From Gemmatimonadales bacterium (GTDB taxonomy: Bacteria; Gemmatimonadota; Gemmatimonadetes; Gemmatimonadales; GWC2-71-9): 64,000 bases of DNA. Under the pieces are notes generated by a model, which made no database searches, was not told where the DNA came from, and saw nothing but the letters and a program-made list of their open reading frames with translations. The position numbers and the translations under genes are program-made. The DNA lies in NCBI GenBank assembly GCA_037189525.1, contig JBBCJC010000003.1, positions 224,001-288,000 on the forward strand, read 5' to 3'. Shown one piece after another: positions 21,565 to 31,193 of the stretch (position 1 is its first letter; each line of letters opens with the position of its first letter).

Positions 21565-24339
21565 TTACTTCGACAGGAACATCCGCAGCACGCGCGGCAG
21601 GATCCCGCCGTGACGATAGTAGTCGAGCTCGACATTCGAATTGAGCCGCACCACCGCCTCGAACGTCTTGGCGGATCCGTCTTCGGCCGTCGCGGTAACC
21701 CGCACTCGTCCACCCGGGGTCAGCCCGTTGGCGACGCCGGTGATGTCGAAGGTTTCCCGGCCGGTGAGTCCCAGCGATTCCCGGTTCTCGCCGGGGACGT
21801 ACGCCAGCGGTAGCACGCCCATGCCCACCAGGTTGCTGCGATGGATCCGTTCGTAGCTTTCGGCAATCACGGCTTTGACGCCGAGCAGCGTGGTGCCCTT
21901 GGCGGCCCAGTCGCGGCTCGATCCGGTGCCGTATTCCTTGCCGGCGAGCACGACCAGCGGCGTGCCGCGCTCGATGTACCGCATCGCGGCATCGTAGATC
22001 GAGACGACCTCGCCGGTTCCGAAGTCGAGGGTCCAGTTGCCCTCACGGCCCGGCACCAGCGCATTCTTGATCCGGACGTTGCCGAACGTGCCACGCATCA
22101 TGACTTCGTGGTTCCCTCGACGCGCCCCGAAGGTATTCCAGTCTTTGGGATCGACGCCCCGCTCGAGCAGGAAGCGGGCGGCCGGACCGTTCTTCGGAAT
22201 CGAGCCGGCCGGCGAAATGTGGTCGGTGGTCACCGAGTCGCCCAGCGCAGCGAGCACGCGGGCGCCGATCACGTCCTGGTAGGTTCCGGGCGTGGGAGCC
22301 AGGTCCTGGAAGAACGGCGGGTTCTGCACATAGGTCGACTCCGTATCCCAGGCAAAACGGCTGCCGCCGGGCACGGGGAGGTTCTGCCATTCGACGTCGC
22401 CATCGAAGACCGATCCGTAGCTCTTCTCGAAGATCTCCGGGTTGAGCGCCGCCGACATGACGCGGCGGATCTCATCGCTGCTGGGCCAGATGTCGGCGAG
22501 GTAGACGGCCTTGCCGTGCCGGTCCGTGCCCAGCGGTTCGGTCGCCAGGTCGAAGTCGACCCGGCCGACTAGCGCGTACGCGACCACCAGGACCGGCGAG
22601 GCCAGATAGTTGGCGCGCACCAGCGGATGGATCCGGGCCTCGAAGTTCCGGTTGCCCGAGAGCACCGCGGCGCAGACCAGGTTGTGCTTGGCGATGGTGT
22701 CTTCGATCGAACTCGGCAGGGGGCCGCTGTTGCCGATACAGGTGGTGCAGCCGTAGCCCACGGTGTTGAAGCCCAGCTGGTCGAGATAGGTCGTCAGGCC
22801 GGCGTTGTCGAGGTAGTCCGTGACGACGCGCGACCCGGGCGCCATGCTGCTCTTGACCCACGGCTTGGTCGTCAGGCCGCGCTCGACCGCCTTCTTGGCG
22901 AGCAGGCCGGCTCCGACCATGACCGACGGGTTCGAGGTGTTGGTGCAGCTGGTAATTGCGGCGATCACGATGGAGCCGTCGCGGAGCTTGAAGCTCTGGC
23001 CGTCGAGTTCGCAGTCCACTTCGGGCGGCGCCTCGAGCGTGGCGAGCGCGCCCCCTTCGCCTTCCCAGCGAGCGGAGTTGCTGGTCGCGGCTTCCTTCCG
23101 GTCCGGCGCCACCGCGGCCGGCATCAGGTTCGGCAGGCTGACCGCAAAGTTGCGGCGGACATCCGTCAGCTTGACCAAGTCCTGCGGCCGCCGGGGGCCC
23201 GCCACGCTCGGCACGATGGTCGAGAGGTCGAGCGTCAGCGTGGAGGTGAAGGTCGGGTCCGGGGTCCCGTCGGTCCGGAAGAAGCCGTTTTCCTTGCAAT
23301 ACCGCTCCGCCGCCGTCACGACGTCGGCCGGGCGGCCGGTGCGGCGGAGGTACTCGATCGTCTCGTCGTCGACCGGGAAGAAGCCCATCGTGGCCCCGTA
23401 TTCGGGGGCCATGTTGGCAATCGTCGCGCGGTCGGCCAGGCCCAGATTCGACAGGCCGGGGCCGTAGAACTCGACGAATTTGTCGACCACGCCCTGGCTG
23501 CGCAGGATGTTGGTGACGTTGAGGACCAGGTCGGTCGCCGTGGTGCCGACCGGGAGCTCGCCGACCAGCTTCATCCCAACCACTTCCGGGATCAGCATGA
23601 AGTACGGCTGGCCCAGCATTACAGCCTCGGCCTCGATCCCGCCGACTCCCCAGCCCATCACGCCCAGGCCGTTGATCATCGTGGTGTGCGAGTCGGTGCC
23701 GACCAGGCTGTCCGGGTAAGCCGTCAGGGCGCCGTACTGCTCGCGGACCTGCACCAGCGGGGCGAGGTACTCGAGGTTGACTTGGTGGACGATGCCGGTG
23801 CCCGGCGGGACGACCCGGAAGTTCTCGAAAGCCTGCTGCGCGAACTTGAGGAGTTGATAGCGCTCTTTGTTCCGTTCAAATTCCAGCGCCACGTTCTGGC
23901 GGAAGGCCAGCGCCGTGCCGTAGTGATCGACCTGGACCGAATGGTCGATCACCAGGTCGCAGGGCACCACCGGGTTGATCCGGTTGGGATCGCCGCCCAT
24001 CGTGGCCATCGCATCACGCATCGCGGCCAGGTCGACGACGCAGGGCACACCGGTGAAGTCCTGGAGGACCACCCGGGCCGGCATGAAGGGAATCTCTTTG
24101 CCCGCGGCCGGCTGGCCGGTCCATTTCCCAATCTGAAGGACGTGATCTTCCGTGACGATACCCCGGCCCGCATGTCGCAAGGCGTTCTCGATCAGGATCC
24201 GGATCGAGAAGGGGATGCGGTCGAGGTCGATCAGTCCCTGGCGCGCGAGCTCGCCCAGCCGGAAGATGGTCGCCTGACGACCGTCACCGAGATCGAGGCT
24301 GGAACGAGTGCCGAAGGGATTGGGAAGCGAAGCTGTCAT
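21565..24339 (-). CDS. acnA: aconitate hydratase A
   Basis: QDFTGVP, DHSVQVD, GTDSHTTM, AITSCTNTSNP, GCTTCIGNSG, TTDHISPAG, GSSRDWAAKG. Confidence 0.97.
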   Translation of the reverse strand: MTASLPNPFGTRSSLDLGDGRQATIFRLGELARQGLIDLDRIPFSIRILIENALRHAGRGIVTEDHVLQIGKWTGQPAAGKEIPFMPARVVLQDFTGVPCVVDLAAMRDAMATMGGDPNRINPVVPCDLVIDHSVQVDHYGTALAFRQNVALEFERNKERYQLLKFAQQAFENFRVVPPGTGIVHQVNLEYLAPLVQVREQYGALTAYPDSLVGTDSHTTMINGLGVMGWGVGGIEAEAVMLGQPYFMLIPEVVGMKLVGELPVGTTATDLVLNVTNILRSQGVVDKFVEFYGPGLSNLGLADRATIANMAPEYGATMGFFPVDDETIEYLRRTGRPADVVTAAERYCKENGFFRTDGTPDPTFTSTLTLDLSTIVPSVAGPRRPQDLVKLTDVRRNFAVSLPNLMPAAVAPDRKEAATSNSARWEGEGGALATLEAPPEVDCELDGQSFKLRDGSIVIAAITSCTNTSNPSVMVGAGLLAKKAVERGLTTKPWVKSSMAPGSRVVTDYLDNAGLTTYLDQLGFNTVGYGCTTCIGNSGPLPSSIEDTIAKHNLVCAAVLSGNRNFEARIHPLVRANYLASPVLVVAYALVGRVDFDLATEPLGTDRHGKAVYLADIWPSSDEIRRVMSAALNPEIFEKSYGSVFDGDVEWQNLPVPGGSRFAWDTESTYVQNPPFFQDLAPTPGTYQDVIGARVLAALGDSVTTDHISPAGSIPKNGPAARFLLERGVDPKDWNTFGARRGNHEVMMRGTFGNVRIKNALVPGREGNWTLDFGTGEVVSIYDAAMRYIERGTPLVVLAGKEYGTGSSRDWAAKGTTLLGVKAVIAESYERIHRSNLVGMGVLPLAYVPGENRESLGLTGRETFDITGVANGLTPGGRVRVTATAEDGSAKTFEAVVRLNSNVELDYYRHGGILPRVLRMFLSK

Positions 24340-24422
24340 CGTAGAAACCCGTCAAATTTCGTCGGATATATTGAGTGCCAGTGAGAGTATAAAATAACGG
24401 CTCGGGGGAAGGAACGCCGAAA

Positions 24423-24737
24423 TTGCGTGGCCAGACACCAATCTCGATAACCAGACGTGACGATGCGATTCTCTTCGATTGGGATCGGCACGGCACCCGG
24501 AGCATGTTCGCGTCGCGCGCGCTGCGGCTCGCCTGCCCCTGCGCCGAGTGCGTCGATGAGATGACCAGTCGTCCCCTGTTGGATCCCGCGTCGATTCCTG
24601 CTGATGTCCGGCCGATCCACCTGACCCTCGTCGGGACGTACGGGCTCCGGGTGCACTGGAGCGACGGGCACTCGACCGGCATCTTCACATTCGCGTGGTT
24701 GCAGGCCAACTCCTCACCGATAGCGCCGACTTCATGA
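24423..24737 (+). CDS. DUF971 / GBBH-like N-terminal domain protein
   Basis: LRLACPCAEC, VGTYGLRVHWSDGHSTGIF. Confidence 0.85.
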   Translation: MRGQTPISITRRDDAILFDWDRHGTRSMFASRALRLACPCAECVDEMTSRPLLDPASIPADVRPIHLTLVGTYGLRVHWSDGHSTGIFTFAWLQANSSPIAPTS

Positions 24738-25060
24738 TCATAGGGCATCGCTGGTGGATCGTGATTTGGTATGGAATTCTCTTCACCGGCTGTATCGGTC
24801 TGGGCGCCGCCGCCTATTGGGGGCGCCGAACGGCCTGGCAGAATCTCGACGAGATCCTGCGCGCCGCGGGAACGATCCTGGTCTCGATCGGCATGCTGCT
24901 GATTCTGCACGACCTGGACGGTCCTGGCGCCGAGGCGGTGCTGGTGGCGGCGCTGCTGGCGTTCGTGGCGGCGTTCGTCGTCGGCCGCCGCGGCGCCTAC
25001 GAAGTACGCCAGCACCAGGTACGCCAACACCGGGCGCCGGATATCCAGGTCGGCGAATGA
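24734..25060 (+). CDS. small hypothetical membrane protein (about 3 TM)
   Basis: ATGA overlaps at both ends; three hydrophobic segments. Confidence 0.7.
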   Translation: MIIGHRWWIVIWYGILFTGCIGLGAAAYWGRRTAWQNLDEILRAAGTILVSIGMLLILHDLDGPGAEAVLVAALLAFVAAFVVGRRGAYEVRQHQVRQHRAPDIQVGE

Positions 25061-27468
25061 TACGACTCGCGGCGCTGGTAGCCGTGCTGTGCGCGTTCGG
25101 AGTGGCGGGCGGGGCAGGGCAGGAGGTCACGGGGGCATCGACGGGCGGGGCCGCCGCGCTGGCACAGGCGGAGCGCATGCTGGGGCACACCAAACGGGTG
25201 CTGATGATTGCTGCGCATCCGGATGACGAAGACACCGAGCTGCTCACCTACCTGGTGCGACGGGAGGGCGCGGTCACGGGTTACCTGTCGCTGACCCGCG
25301 GCGAAGGGGGACAGAATCTCATCGGTTCGGAACTGGGGGAGGCCCTCGGCCTGATCCGGACCGAGGAACTGCTGGCGGCGCGCCGGCTCGACGGGGCGCA
25401 GCAATTCTTTACCCGGGCATTCGATTACGGCTTTTCCAAATCGATCGACGAAGCCCTGCGCTTCTGGCCGGCCGATTCGCTCCTCAAAGACGCCGTCCGC
25501 ATCATCCGCCGCTTCCGGCCGCAACTCCTCGTCTCGGTTTTTTCCGGCACCCCGCGAGATGGTCACGGGCATCACCAGGCGGCGGGGTGGGTCGCGGCGG
25601 AGGCGTTTCGCGTGGCCGGCGATCCGGCCCGCTTTCCGGAGCTGGCGCGCGACGAGGGCCTGGCGCCCTGGCAGCCGCTCAAACTGTATCGCGCGGCCTG
25701 GTTCGATACCACCGGGACGAGTCTGGTGCTCGAGGGAGGCCGGCTCGATCCGGACATCGGACAATCCTATCGTCAGATCGCGATGCGGAGCCGGAGCCTG
25801 CATCGGTCGCAGGACATGGGTGTCTTGCAGCCGCTCGGTCCGAGCCCGATTCGCCTGGCGCTCCTGGCCGATCGAACCGGAGCCGGAGCCGCGCTCTTTG
25901 CCGGGGTCGACACCACGGCGCCCAAGCCGGGATCGCCCGAGGCGCGTGACCTCGATCGGTTCGCGGCCGAAGCGGCCGCCGGACGCGCGGGCGTGGTGGT
26001 CGACGCCACGACCGACCGGGCGAGTCTGGTAGCCGGGCAGAGCTTCCCGGTCACGCTCTCGGTCTGGAATACCGGGTCCGCGCCCGTTTCCGGACGACTG
26101 GTCCTCGCGCTGCCGGAGGGATGGACCGGCGAGGCGCCCTGCCTGGCAACCGAGCAGCAGGTTGCGCCGGGGCAGCTGGCGCAGTGCACCGTCGAGGTCA
26201 CGATCTCCGATCAGGCTCAGCCCACCGCTCCCTACTTCCTGCGGCGTCCGCGGGGGCCGGGACTCTATGTCTGGGATGGGCCTTCCGGACAATGGGGCGC
26301 CCCGTTCGACGCCCCCCTGGTAACCGGCCGGTTCGACCTCCGGTGGTCCGGACGGGGAGTCGGGCTCGCCCGGGAGGTCACGACGCGGGTGCGCAACCGA
26401 ACGCTCGGCGAGCTGCGGATGCCGCTGGCCGTGGTGCCGCGCGTGGATCTCCGGGTGGCGCCGCAGGTCAAAGTCTGGCCGTTGCCCGGCGGGACACCGC
26501 AGCAAATCGTCGTGACGCTCCGCCATGGCGGGCGCGACTCGACCGTGGGTGAGGTCGGCCTGGACGTACCGCCGGGCTGGACCACCGACCGGCCGGTTCG
26601 TTTCCGGCTGACGCGCCCCGATCAGCGGGAAACGGTCACCTTCTCGGTTGCTGCACCGCGCGACCAGGGGCGCGCTGACGTGGCTATCGTGGCATGGGCT
26701 ACGGACCAGGCGGGCCGGCGCTATCAGGCGGGGCGGGTCCAGGTGGCCTATCCCCACATTCATGAGCGCAGCTATCTGATCCCGAGCACCGTCCTGGTCC
26801 GAGCCGCCTCGGTCGAGCTCCCGACAGTGGCTCGGCGCATCGGGTACGTGCGCGGTGCGGCCGACCAGGTGCCGGAAGCGCTTGCTGCGGTAGGACTCGA
26901 CGTCGAACTGCTCGACGCCGTAGCGCTCGAGCGAGGCGACCTGAGCCGTTTCCAGACCATCGTTATCGGCAGCCGAGCCTACGAGATCATGCCGGCGCTG
27001 GTCGAGTCGAACGGCCGGCTGCTCGAATACGTTCGGCGCGGCGGACAGCTGCTGGTGCAGTATCAGCAGCAGGCCTACTTCGGGGGGCAACTGGCGCCCT
27101 TTCCGCTCACGGTTGCTCGGCAGCATGACCGCGTCACCGACGAGACGGCGCCGGTGCGGTTGCTCCAACCCGACGACCCGATCTTTGCCTCGCCCAATCG
27201 GATCGAGGCGGCCGACTGGGACGGGTGGGTCCAGGAGCGTGGCCTCTATTTCCCGCACACCTGGTCCGATGCCTGGCAACCGTTGCTCGAAATGAACGAT
27301 CAGGGCGGGCCACCGCTTCGGGGCGCTTTGCTCCGCGCCCGCTACGGCGAAGGGACCTATTGGTACACCGGTCTGGCGTTCTTCCGGCAGCTCGCGGCCG
27401 GTGTGCCGGGGGCGCTGCGCCTCTTCCTCAATCTGATGGAGACGGGCCGTGCGCCGACGCATCCGTAG
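25057..27468 (+). CDS. exported PIG-L/LmbE family deacetylase with NEW3/Ig-like and C-terminal GATase-like domains
   Basis: Signal peptide, AAHPDDED, TRGEGGQN, RAFDYGFSK, GHGHHQAAG, WDGWVQERGLYF. Confidence 0.85.
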   Translation: MIRLAALVAVLCAFGVAGGAGQEVTGASTGGAAALAQAERMLGHTKRVLMIAAHPDDEDTELLTYLVRREGAVTGYLSLTRGEGGQNLIGSELGEALGLIRTEELLAARRLDGAQQFFTRAFDYGFSKSIDEALRFWPADSLLKDAVRIIRRFRPQLLVSVFSGTPRDGHGHHQAAGWVAAEAFRVAGDPARFPELARDEGLAPWQPLKLYRAAWFDTTGTSLVLEGGRLDPDIGQSYRQIAMRSRSLHRSQDMGVLQPLGPSPIRLALLADRTGAGAALFAGVDTTAPKPGSPEARDLDRFAAEAAAGRAGVVVDATTDRASLVAGQSFPVTLSVWNTGSAPVSGRLVLALPEGWTGEAPCLATEQQVAPGQLAQCTVEVTISDQAQPTAPYFLRRPRGPGLYVWDGPSGQWGAPFDAPLVTGRFDLRWSGRGVGLAREVTTRVRNRTLGELRMPLAVVPRVDLRVAPQVKVWPLPGGTPQQIVVTLRHGGRDSTVGEVGLDVPPGWTTDRPVRFRLTRPDQRETVTFSVAAPRDQGRADVAIVAWATDQAGRRYQAGRVQVAYPHIHERSYLIPSTVLVRAASVELPTVARRIGYVRGAADQVPEALAAVGLDVELLDAVALERGDLSRFQTIVIGSRAYEIMPALVESNGRLLEYVRRGGQLLVQYQQQAYFGGQLAPFPLTVARQHDRVTDETAPVRLLQPDDPIFASPNRIEAADWDGWVQERGLYFPHTWSDAWQPLLEMNDQGGPPLRGALLRARYGEGTYWYTGLAFFRQLAAGVPGALRLFLNLMETGRAPTHP

Positions 27469-28480
27469 CCTGATGCTTGTCGTGCTGGCCGCGCTGGGAG
27501 TCGGATGCAGCGACGGCCGGATTCCTGTCCTGCTGTATTCTCCGCATGGGCGGGAACAGCTCGATCTGCTGGAGCGGGCCTTCGAAGCGAAACATCCCGA
27601 GATCGACATTCGTTGGCTCGATATGGGGAGTCAGGAAATCCTCGACCGGATCCGGTCGGAGCGAGCCAATCCCCAGGCGGATGTCTGGTTCGGCGGACCG
27701 AGCAGTATCTTCGATCGCGCGGTTGGCGAGCAGCTGCTGTCGCCCTACCGGCCGGCATGGGCCGACGCCGTGGGGCCGAACGGGATCGGCCCCGACGACC
27801 TGTACTGGCCTGCCTATCGCACCCCGGCCGTCATCGCCTTCAATTCGGAAGTGGTCACCCGGGAGCAGGCGCCCAAGGACTGGGACGAGGTCCTTGCACC
27901 CGAGTGGCGGGACAAGGTCCTGATCCGGGACCCGATGGCCAGCGGAACGATGCGGGCCATCTGGGGTCTCATCGTGGTGCGCAGCATCCAGGCGACGGGC
28001 GACACGGCCGCCGGAATGGCCTGGCTCCGGCGGCTGGATGGCCAGACCAAAGCGTACGCGCTCAATCCGGCCATCCTGATGGAGCGGCTGGCTCGGCAGG
28101 AGGGCCTGATTACTCTCTGGGACCTGCCGGATGTCCTGATCGATCGCGCAGCGGGCGTGCCGATCGACTACGTCTTTCCGCGGAGTGGTACCGTCGTGAT
28201 CGACGATCCGATTGCGCTGGTCAAGGGGAGCCGGCAGCCCGAGGCGGCCAAGCGGTTCATCGATTTCGTCGGCTCGGTCGAAGGACAGCTGCTTGCTGCG
28301 CGTGAGGTCTTCCGGCTCCCGTCACGATCGGACCTTCCGGTCGATTCGGTGCCGCCGTGGGTTGCCGATGTCGAGGCGTCGATGGTCACCGCGCCGATGG
28401 ACTGGCCGCTCCTGGTGCGCGACGGCGCCGGCTGGATGCGGTACTGGGACCAGCATATCCGTGGAACGGGAAGCCGATGA
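27449..28480 (+). CDS. ABC transporter substrate-binding lipoprotein (Fe3+/thiamine/polyamine-like class)
   Basis: Lipobox GVGC, ERANPQADVWFGG, PKDWDEVL, DPMASGT. Confidence 0.85.
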   Translation: MRRRIRSLMLVVLAALGVGCSDGRIPVLLYSPHGREQLDLLERAFEAKHPEIDIRWLDMGSQEILDRIRSERANPQADVWFGGPSSIFDRAVGEQLLSPYRPAWADAVGPNGIGPDDLYWPAYRTPAVIAFNSEVVTREQAPKDWDEVLAPEWRDKVLIRDPMASGTMRAIWGLIVVRSIQATGDTAAGMAWLRRLDGQTKAYALNPAILMERLARQEGLITLWDLPDVLIDRAAGVPIDYVFPRSGTVVIDDPIALVKGSRQPEAAKRFIDFVGSVEGQLLAAREVFRLPSRSDLPVDSVPPWVADVEASMVTAPMDWPLLVRDGAGWMRYWDQHIRGTGSR

Positions 28481-29541
28481 ACCAATCTGACTATCTGATT
28501 CTCGACGGGCTGGGCAAACGGTTCGACGGTGGGGCCGGTGTCCGTGATGTGTCGATCTCGCTCGCGCGGGGCGAGATCCTCGCGCTGTTGGGCCCGAGCG
28601 GATCGGGTAAGACCACCACGTTGCGATTGCTGGCCGGGTTCGAGCAGCCGGACGCCGGAAAGATCGTGGTGGACGGTACGGATGTCACCGCGCTGGCGCC
28701 GGTGGCCCGTCGGTTCGGCATGGTGTTTCAGCACTACGCCCTCTTTCCGCACCTGACGGTCGCGCAGAACGTGGGGTTCGGTCTGGAGGGTCTCAAGCTC
28801 GATGCGGCGGCGCTGGCCGACCGGGTCGAGCGTGTCCTGGGGGCGGTCGACCTGGCCGGATTTGGAGCCCGGTCCATTGCCTCGCTCTCGGGCGGTCAGC
28901 AGCAGCGTGTCGCGGTGGCGCGGGCGCTTGCTCCGGAGCCGCCGGTACTCCTCCTGGATGAGCCGCTGTCCAACCTCGATCCCTCGCTCCGCGAACGGAC
29001 CCGCCGTGAACTGCGCGAGCTGATCCAGCGGATCGGAATCACCACCGTCCTGGTCACGCACGAGCAGGAGGAGGCCTTCGATCTGGCCGACCGGATTGCC
29101 GTGCTCAACGGCGGCCGCCTCGAACAACTCGGCACACCCGAGCAACTCTATCGCGCGCCGGTCACTCCGTTCGTGGCCGGGTTCATCGGCCGAGCCACGC
29201 TGGCGGACGGACATGTCGCCGTCGAGGGCCAACGCGGCCTGCTCACGGTTGCCGGGCAGCGGACGCCGATTCCGGTTTCGCCGTCGATGGCGGGCGCCGT
29301 CCGGATTGCCGTCCGGCCCGAAGCCTTCCGATTAGCAGCGGTTGGTGCGGAGCGCTGGTCCGGCCGGATCGTGGCGCGCCGGTACCTGGGCAACACCGCG
29401 CTGTTCCGGGTCGGGCTGGATGGTTCGGGCCTCGAACTCGAGGTTGAAGGAGGCCCCGACGAGGCCAAGATCGGCGATCAGGTCGGTCTGGAACCCACCG
29501 GTAAGGGGTTGTATCTCTATCCCGGGGCTGCCCAAGGATGA
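28477..29541 (+). CDS. ABC transporter ATP-binding protein (FbpC/PotA-like)
   Basis: GPSGSGKT, VFQHYALFPH, LSGGQQQRVA, LLDEP. Confidence 0.92.
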   Translation: MNQSDYLILDGLGKRFDGGAGVRDVSISLARGEILALLGPSGSGKTTTLRLLAGFEQPDAGKIVVDGTDVTALAPVARRFGMVFQHYALFPHLTVAQNVGFGLEGLKLDAAALADRVERVLGAVDLAGFGARSIASLSGGQQQRVAVARALAPEPPVLLLDEPLSNLDPSLRERTRRELRELIQRIGITTVLVTHEQEEAFDLADRIAVLNGGRLEQLGTPEQLYRAPVTPFVAGFIGRATLADGHVAVEGQRGLLTVAGQRTPIPVSPSMAGAVRIAVRPEAFRLAAVGAERWSGRIVARRYLGNTALFRVGLDGSGLELEVEGGPDEAKIGDQVGLEPTGKGLYLYPGAAQG

Positions 29542-31193
29542 ACCGGTCCGGCCTCGAGACGGTGGGCGTTGGCGTTGCCGTCCTGCTGGCATGGCTCGTC
29601 CTGCTGCCGCTCGCCTTTGTCGCGATCGAGGCGGTCTCCAGTCCGGAGGGCGCCACCTTCGAAGCGGTGTCCCGCTTCCTGGCCAGCCGGATCGAATGGC
29701 GCGTGCTGGCCAATTCGATGCTGCTGTCCGTCGCATCGGTGGTCGGATCGGCGCTGGTGGGCGTACCGCTTGCCGTGCTGGTGACCCGGGTCGCGTTTCC
29801 CGGTCGCCGGTTGGTCGGCACCTTGCTGTCGCTGCCGGCGGTCCTCCCGCCGCTCGTCGGCGTGCTCGCCTTTCTCTTTCTGTACGGCGAAAGCGGTTTC
29901 ATTTCCCATCTGGTGCAGGCGGTGCTTCGCCTCGAGACGCCGCCATGGCGACTCGAAGGAGCCACGGCCGTCCTGCTGGTGCACGTCTCCACGATGTACG
30001 TGTACTTCTACCTTTTCGTCCGGGCTGGGCTGACCGGTATCGATGGCTCGGTCTATGAAGCCGCGGCCTCGCTCGGCGCTGGGCCGTGGCGCACTTTCCG
30101 GCGGGTCACGCTCCCTTTACTTCGTACACACCTGGCCGGAGCCTCGTTACTGGTGCTGATGACGTCGCTGGCCTCGTTCAGCGCGCCGTATCTCTTCGGC
30201 GGCCGGTTTCGTGTCATGACCACCCAGATCATGGCCACCAAGCTGAACGGCGACGATCGCCTGGCCATGGTCGAGACGCTTTCGCTGACTCTACTCGCCC
30301 TGGCCGGACTCTGGCTGGTGCGCCGAGCCGACCGGGCGCCTGCCGGGCGCGGCGGCAGCAAGGGAACGCCGCCTCGGCCCCGGCCGCTCGCCGGCAGGTT
30401 GGGGCGGGTGGCGTTGCCGGTGGCGGCCTGGGGCGCGGCGCTGGTGCTGATCCTTCCGCACCTGGCGCTCCTGCTCGTCTCGTTCGTGCCGCGGGGTACC
30501 TGGACCTCGCAGGCCTTTCCACCGGTGCTCGCGCCCGGCAACTACCTGACCCTGGTGCGGGATCCGGTTCGCCTCGGCCCGATCCTCAACAGCACCTGGA
30601 TGGCGGTGGCGGCGACCGTCGGCGCCGTCGCCCTGGCCCTGCTCATCAGTTGGCTCACCGTGCGGGCTCGCGTCAGGACGGCGCGCTTTCTCGAAACGGT
30701 CATGGCGCTGCCCTGGGCCGTGCCGGGGACCGTCTTTGCCATTGCCCTCGCCACCGCATTCAGCGTCAATGCGCCCTGGGCTGGTCGGTTCCTGCTGGTG
30801 GGGACATCGATCATTCTCCCGCTTGCGTACCTGGTGAGGAATCTGCCCGTCAGCGGTCGGGCGCTGCTGGCGGGATACCGGCAGTTGGATCCCAGCCTCG
30901 ACGAAGTGGCCGCCACGCTCGGCGCCGGCACCTGGCGCACCGCGCGGCGCGTGACCATGCCGCTGCTCAAACCCGCCATCGTAGCCGCCGCGACCTTGGG
31001 GTTCGTCACGGCGTTCGGTGATTTCGTGACCTCGATTCTGCTCTATACCTACGATACCCGACCCATCTCCCTCGAGATCCTGTCCAGCTTGCGGCAGTCG
31101 GATGTCGGTGTGGCCGCGGCCTACGGTGTCCTGCTGATGCTGGTGAGCGCTGCGGTGTTCTACGCCGCGGGAGAAGGGAATCAAACCGGGTGA
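29538..31193 (+). CDS. ABC transporter permease with two fused domains (FbpB-like)
   Basis: Two EAA motifs (EAAASLGA, EVAATLGA) and many TM helices. Confidence 0.9.
   Translation: MNRSGLETVGVGVAVLLAWLVLLPLAFVAIEAVSSPEGATFEAVSRFLASRIEWRVLANSMLLSVASVVGSALVGVPLAVLVTRVAFPGRRLVGTLLSLPAVLPPLVGVLAFLFLYGESGFISHLVQAVLRLETPPWRLEGATAVLLVHVSTMYVYFYLFVRAGLTGIDGSVYEAAASLGAGPWRTFRRVTLPLLRTHLAGASLLVLMTSLASFSAPYLFGGRFRVMTTQIMATKLNGDDRLAMVETLSLTLLALAGLWLVRRADRAPAGRGGSKGTPPRPRPLAGRLGRVALPVAAWGAALVLILPHLALLLVSFVPRGTWTSQAFPPVLAPGNYLTLVRDPVRLGPILNSTWMAVAATVGAVALALLISWLTVRARVRTARFLETVMALPWAVPGTVFAIALATAFSVNAPWAGRFLLVGTSIILPLAYLVRNLPVSGRALLAGYRQLDPSLDEVAATLGAGTWRTARRVTMPLLKPAIVAAATLGFVTAFGDFVTSILLYTYDTRPISLEILSSLRQSDVGVAAAYGVLLMLVSAAVFYAAGEGNQTG

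Noticed and set aside
24373..24381. GAGTGCCAG, CIRCE-like half site in the acnA/DUF971 spacer
   Set aside because: No matching arm at 9-nt spacing
25004..25033. 15-bp tandem duplication (VRQHQ/VRQHR)
   Set aside because: Only two copies in a variable C-terminal tail; likely a neutral slippage event
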